64,000 bases of DNA from an uncultured Nitrososphaerota archaeon. GTDB lineage: Archaea; Thermoproteota; Nitrososphaeria; Nitrososphaerales; CADDZS01. Shown piece after piece: positions 60,337-64,000 of this stretch (within the stretch, counting starts at the first letter, position 1; each line of letters starts with the position of its first letter). The notes under the pieces are model-generated. The model worked only from the letters and a program-made list of their open reading frames with translations, did not search any database and was not told where the DNA came from. The position numbers and the translations under genes are program-made. The stretch lies in NCBI GenBank assembly GCA_963799845.1, contig CAWCYI010000004.1, forward strand, positions 1,440,001 to 1,504,000, read 5' to 3'.

Positions 60337-62623
60337 GTGTTGCTCAATAAATCGAAGCTAAGAAGCGCAATCAGTAGAACGACTACAATCGTAGTGGTTA
60401 TCGTCGTCATCGTTATCCTCGTTGCGGGTGGAATCGCTGCAACCAGATTGGGTGGGTCTTCTTCAACGTCAGCGACTTCGAGCACCAGTTCCACTAGCTC
60501 AACTTCAACTACGGTCTCTTCAGCAACGTCTACCTCTTCATCTTCTTCGATATCTTCAACATCAAGTTCGACTTCGCTACAATCATCCGTTACCACCAGT
60601 TCCAGTTCTGCTTCCTCAGCCACTTCAACTACTTCTTCGACAAGTCATCCTTCTACTCTAACATGGGAAACCACTTTTTCTGTTGATTCGCTAGACCCCG
60701 ATGCAGCATACTCCGAGACTGATGGCATGCTCCTTCAAAACGTGTACGAGCCACTATTGTGGTACAATGGCACGAGTCCGACACTAGTCATACCTTGGCT
60801 TGCCCAGAGCTGACACAGCTTCGGCAGATGGGATGACCTATAATTTTACGTTGCGTAGCGGAGTCCAGTTCGCAGATGGTGAAACGCTGAACTCCTCAGC
60901 AGTTTACTTTTCGCTCAATCGCTTGCTGATGGGAGACGGAAGCACTCCGACTACCCACGCGACACAGGCAGCATGGCTCTTGCAAGAACTTGTCAACACA
61001 AGCTTGAGCACCTTCCTAACCGGGAAACAGAATTACTCGCCTACCTACGCACATGATGTTCTCGCGCAGGATTTCGTTCAGATCACCGGCCCACTGACGT
61101 TCACAATCCATGTAATGAACCCCAGCTCTTCTTTTCCATATTTGCTCACCGGATTGTGGTCGTACATAATGGCGCCGGACTACGTAATGCAGAAAGATCT
61201 CTCTGCGTGGACGCAGCCTAGTTCCGGATACACACTACCATATCCGAGCCCGAGCGGTAACGTGACCACCTCCATCAATGAATATCTACAGGATTTGGCT
61301 GCTACATGCAACAGCGGAATAACTCCGACGGGATGTGGTCAGAGTTATCTCTTTAGTCCGACCGGAAGCGTCCTTGCGGGAACTGGCCCTTACGTTCTGA
61401 CGAGCTATTCGTCTGCCACCAATAATTTTGTACTGACCGCGAATCCTAATTATTGGGGAGGACCTTATGCGGCCAAGATAACCCCGACGATCCAGACCAT
61501 CGACATAAACTACGTTCCAAGTCAGGCGACAAGGGAGATCGACCTGGAAAATGCTGCAAAATCCGGCCAAGCGATAACGATCGATGTGAATGGAGGCAAT
61601 CTTTACGACATTGTTTCGAGGAGCGCTTGGCTAACAAATGGTACGATTCAATCGATAATTCCTGGGATCAACATCTATGGCCCGTACTCCCAGTTTGCGA
61701 CGGATTACGAGCAGTTTTCTTCGAATGTCACTAACATATTTAGTGGAGACTATTTCACCTTCCAGCCCTTCGCTGACATTCGTTTCCGAACCGCTTTCGC
61801 AGACTCTGTGAACATGACCGAAATCAACAACGATGTCAATAACAGACTAGGTCTGGTGGCAAACGAGCTCATTCCTCCCCAAATTCCGCCTGTCAATTCC
61901 TACAATGCATCTCTGCCGACTTCATACGGCTACAATCTGACCGCAGTACAGGATCTACTGCTTGAAGCGATGTACCATCCGATCACCCATTTTACGTTCT
62001 TCAATGGTACTACTGCCCCTAGTGGCGTTTTTAACAACACGTTTGGCTGCCCGGTACTTGGCCCAAATGGGCAGTGCTCTACACCAGTCCCCCAGACTAT
62101 CAACGAATACTATCCATCTGGAGACACGGTCGACGGAGATATCATGGAGCAGATAGCAACAGTTGTCAACAACGTAAGCAGCACATACAATATGGGATTG
62201 ACTGTCGATGTAGTGCCACAACCTGAGGGACAGATGTTCACTTACGCGTTTTCAGATCACCTAGAGTTCTCGTGGAGCGGATACGTAAACGACTATCCGT
62301 GGGCGGGAGACTTTATCGGAGGAGAGCTTGGAGGCGGCGGCCAGCAGCCAGCGTTCTACGGCTGGAACTATACAGGATTGCATGACTTGTACTCACAGGT
62401 GCTACAAGATCAGGCGTCCGGCAACAACACGGCGCTGGTCTCGGATATCAACGCGGCGGCTCTGCTCATGAACAAAGAAGTACTGCAGATATGGACATTT
62501 TACCCGCTGACGGTCAACGGTGGAGGAAGTTCGGTCATCGCTCCGTTCACGACAAATGTTCACGGGTTCTACTATAATCCGTCGCTTTACGGCACCTACT
62601 TTGCATCCCTTTACATCTCGTAG
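60337..62623 (+). CDS. Family 5 substrate-binding protein, paralog of 47246-49519 (indel near 60808)
   Basis: PWLAQS / YTASADG junction; shared THATQA.WL, TCNSG.TP.GCG, FQPFAD.RFR, NNTFGCP. Confidence 0.88.
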
Positions 62624-62638
62624 ACTTTCTCGATCAGG

Positions 62639-63692
62639 ATGCAATTTGGGATGGGTAACCGAGCGATGAAATTCGGCATCGAGATACCAGCAAGACCCGC
62701 TTCGGAGATTGTTCGTCTCGCAGTGCTTGGTGAAAAGGTAGGCTTTGACACAGTGTGGTGGACCGATCACTTTTCTGGCGGGCCACCGACCGAGATCATG
62801 CCGGAGCTCTTCACCGTTATGGCACTCATGGGACACGAGACAAAGCGGGTTGGCGTCGGGTCTGCTGTCACTGATATCAGGCGTAGACATCCTGCAACAG
62901 TTGCGCAAACTGCTGCGACTCTGGACGGGATCTCTGGTGGTAGAACGATTCTTGGGCTAGGCGCGGGGGAAGCGACCAACCTGTCTCCCGTCGGAATTTC
63001 AGCTGAAGAACATGCACGGCCGGTTGCGGGAAGGAATTCAAGTAATCAAAATGCTCTGGAATGCCGATCACACCCATCCCGCTAATTTTCAGGGAAAATT
63101 CTACTCGTTGAAAGACGCGTTTCTTCAGATAAAGCCAGTCCAGAAGCCGAATCTTCCAATCTACGTGGCCGCATACGGTCCCAAGATGCTAGATCTCGCG
63201 GGCGAATTTGGAGATGGGTGGATACCCTTTGCACACACTCCTGAAACGTACCGCTGGGGACTAGATCTTTTGAAAAAAAGCCTGAAGAAAAGCGACCGCA
63301 GCTTGGAAGGTTACAGCGTGGCCTATGCTCCGAATGCCACAGTTTCTACTGATAGAGAGACTGCAAGGAAACTCATTACTCCGATTGCAAAAACTGGGGT
63401 CGCAATCATGCCTGAGCAATATGAAATGCTGCTTGGCAAAAAGCATCCGGGGTTTGAATACAGCATGGCAGGTTCTCCAGATTTGAATAACATAGCAGAG
63501 CTGAAAGCTTCGATTCCTGAGGATGTTGCTTTGAAAACCGTGATATGGGGTACTCCTGATGACTGCATCGGGCAGATAGAAGGTTTCGCGAAAGAAGGAT
63601 GCAACCACGTGATTTTCGCTATCAGGGGTCAAGACCTCGACAGTGTTGTAACGACTTTCGGGACAAAGGTTTTGCCGTACTTTAGAGAATAG
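62639..63692 (+). CDS. Luciferase-like (LLM) oxidoreductase (indel near 63001)
   Basis: GFDTVWWTDH, HPATVAQ, LGLGAGE / PIYVAAYGPKML..GDGW. Confidence 0.87.
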
Positions 63693-63801
63693 TAGCAAAC
63701 TGCGTCGGGGGAGACGAGTGAGCTATTACAAGTTCTCTAAGAGAGTGGTGTGAAAGTTTTAGAAAACAATTTGTTGACATGTTGCAGAGTCGGATTTAGA
63801 A

Positions 63802-64000
63802 TTGCTTACCAAGTCAAAGATTCACGGCTTCATAGAAGAAGCAAGAAATCTGGTTGCAGACGAGGAAGAACCTTTCAGAACTGCTGCCTTTCAGGTAATT
63901 CTGAGCCATCTTATTTCGAAAGAATCGGATATTGCGTCGCCTGCAGAAAGTCACGTCGTTAACGAGAGTAAAGAGGACGAGAACAAGATTCCCAAAATAA
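63802..64000 (+). CDS. Hypothetical protein (partial, runs off window end)
   Basis: Open frame from TTG: MLTKSKIHGFIEEARNLVADEEEPFRTAAFQVILSHL.. Confidence 0.45.
   Translation, partial: MLTKSKIHGFIEEARNLVADEEEPFRTAAFQVILSHLISKESDIASPAESHVVNESKEDENKIPKI

Noticed and set aside
60808-60813. Selenocysteine or stop read-through at TGA
   Set aside because: The continuation is in a different frame, and the paralog shows QSYT, so it is a one-base insertion.

Overview
64 kb of archaeal chromosome (TFB, Rpo12, proteasome-assembly chaperone, many TTG/GTG starts). The gene content suggests a heterotrophic Nitrososphaerota-like lineage, but this is inference. Main content, left to right: a partial class III cyclase, a YHS/CopT/CopA copper cluster, an accessory stretch (Fic-HTH, PD-(D/E)XK nuclease, NERD-HEAT protein, membrane protein), redox and ABC genes, a divergent TFB convergent with an MhqO-MhqD-Rpo12 operon, a stand-alone LigD phosphoesterase, bacterial-type PEP carboxylase, an orphan PDH E1alpha, iolG/iolA split by vapBC, two paralogous family-5 binding proteins, two luciferase-like monooxygenases, YcaQ, a complete IS630 and a CoxMSL-like molybdoenzyme. 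Three signals are not explained by the ORF track. (1) A non-coding interspersed element (3 long copies, 1 short) built from AGCT-N7-AGCT hairpin units, with AGCT sites about one helical turn apart. (2) Most apparent +1 frameshifts in conserved genes lie at AGCT, which suggests AGCT methylation disturbing long-read base-calling. (3) An unannotated Rpo12 gene out of its usual context, overlapping a TFB paralog with an altered B-reader and BRE-recognition helix. No rRNA, tRNA or CRISPR array was recognised. All family calls are by eye; no searches were run.
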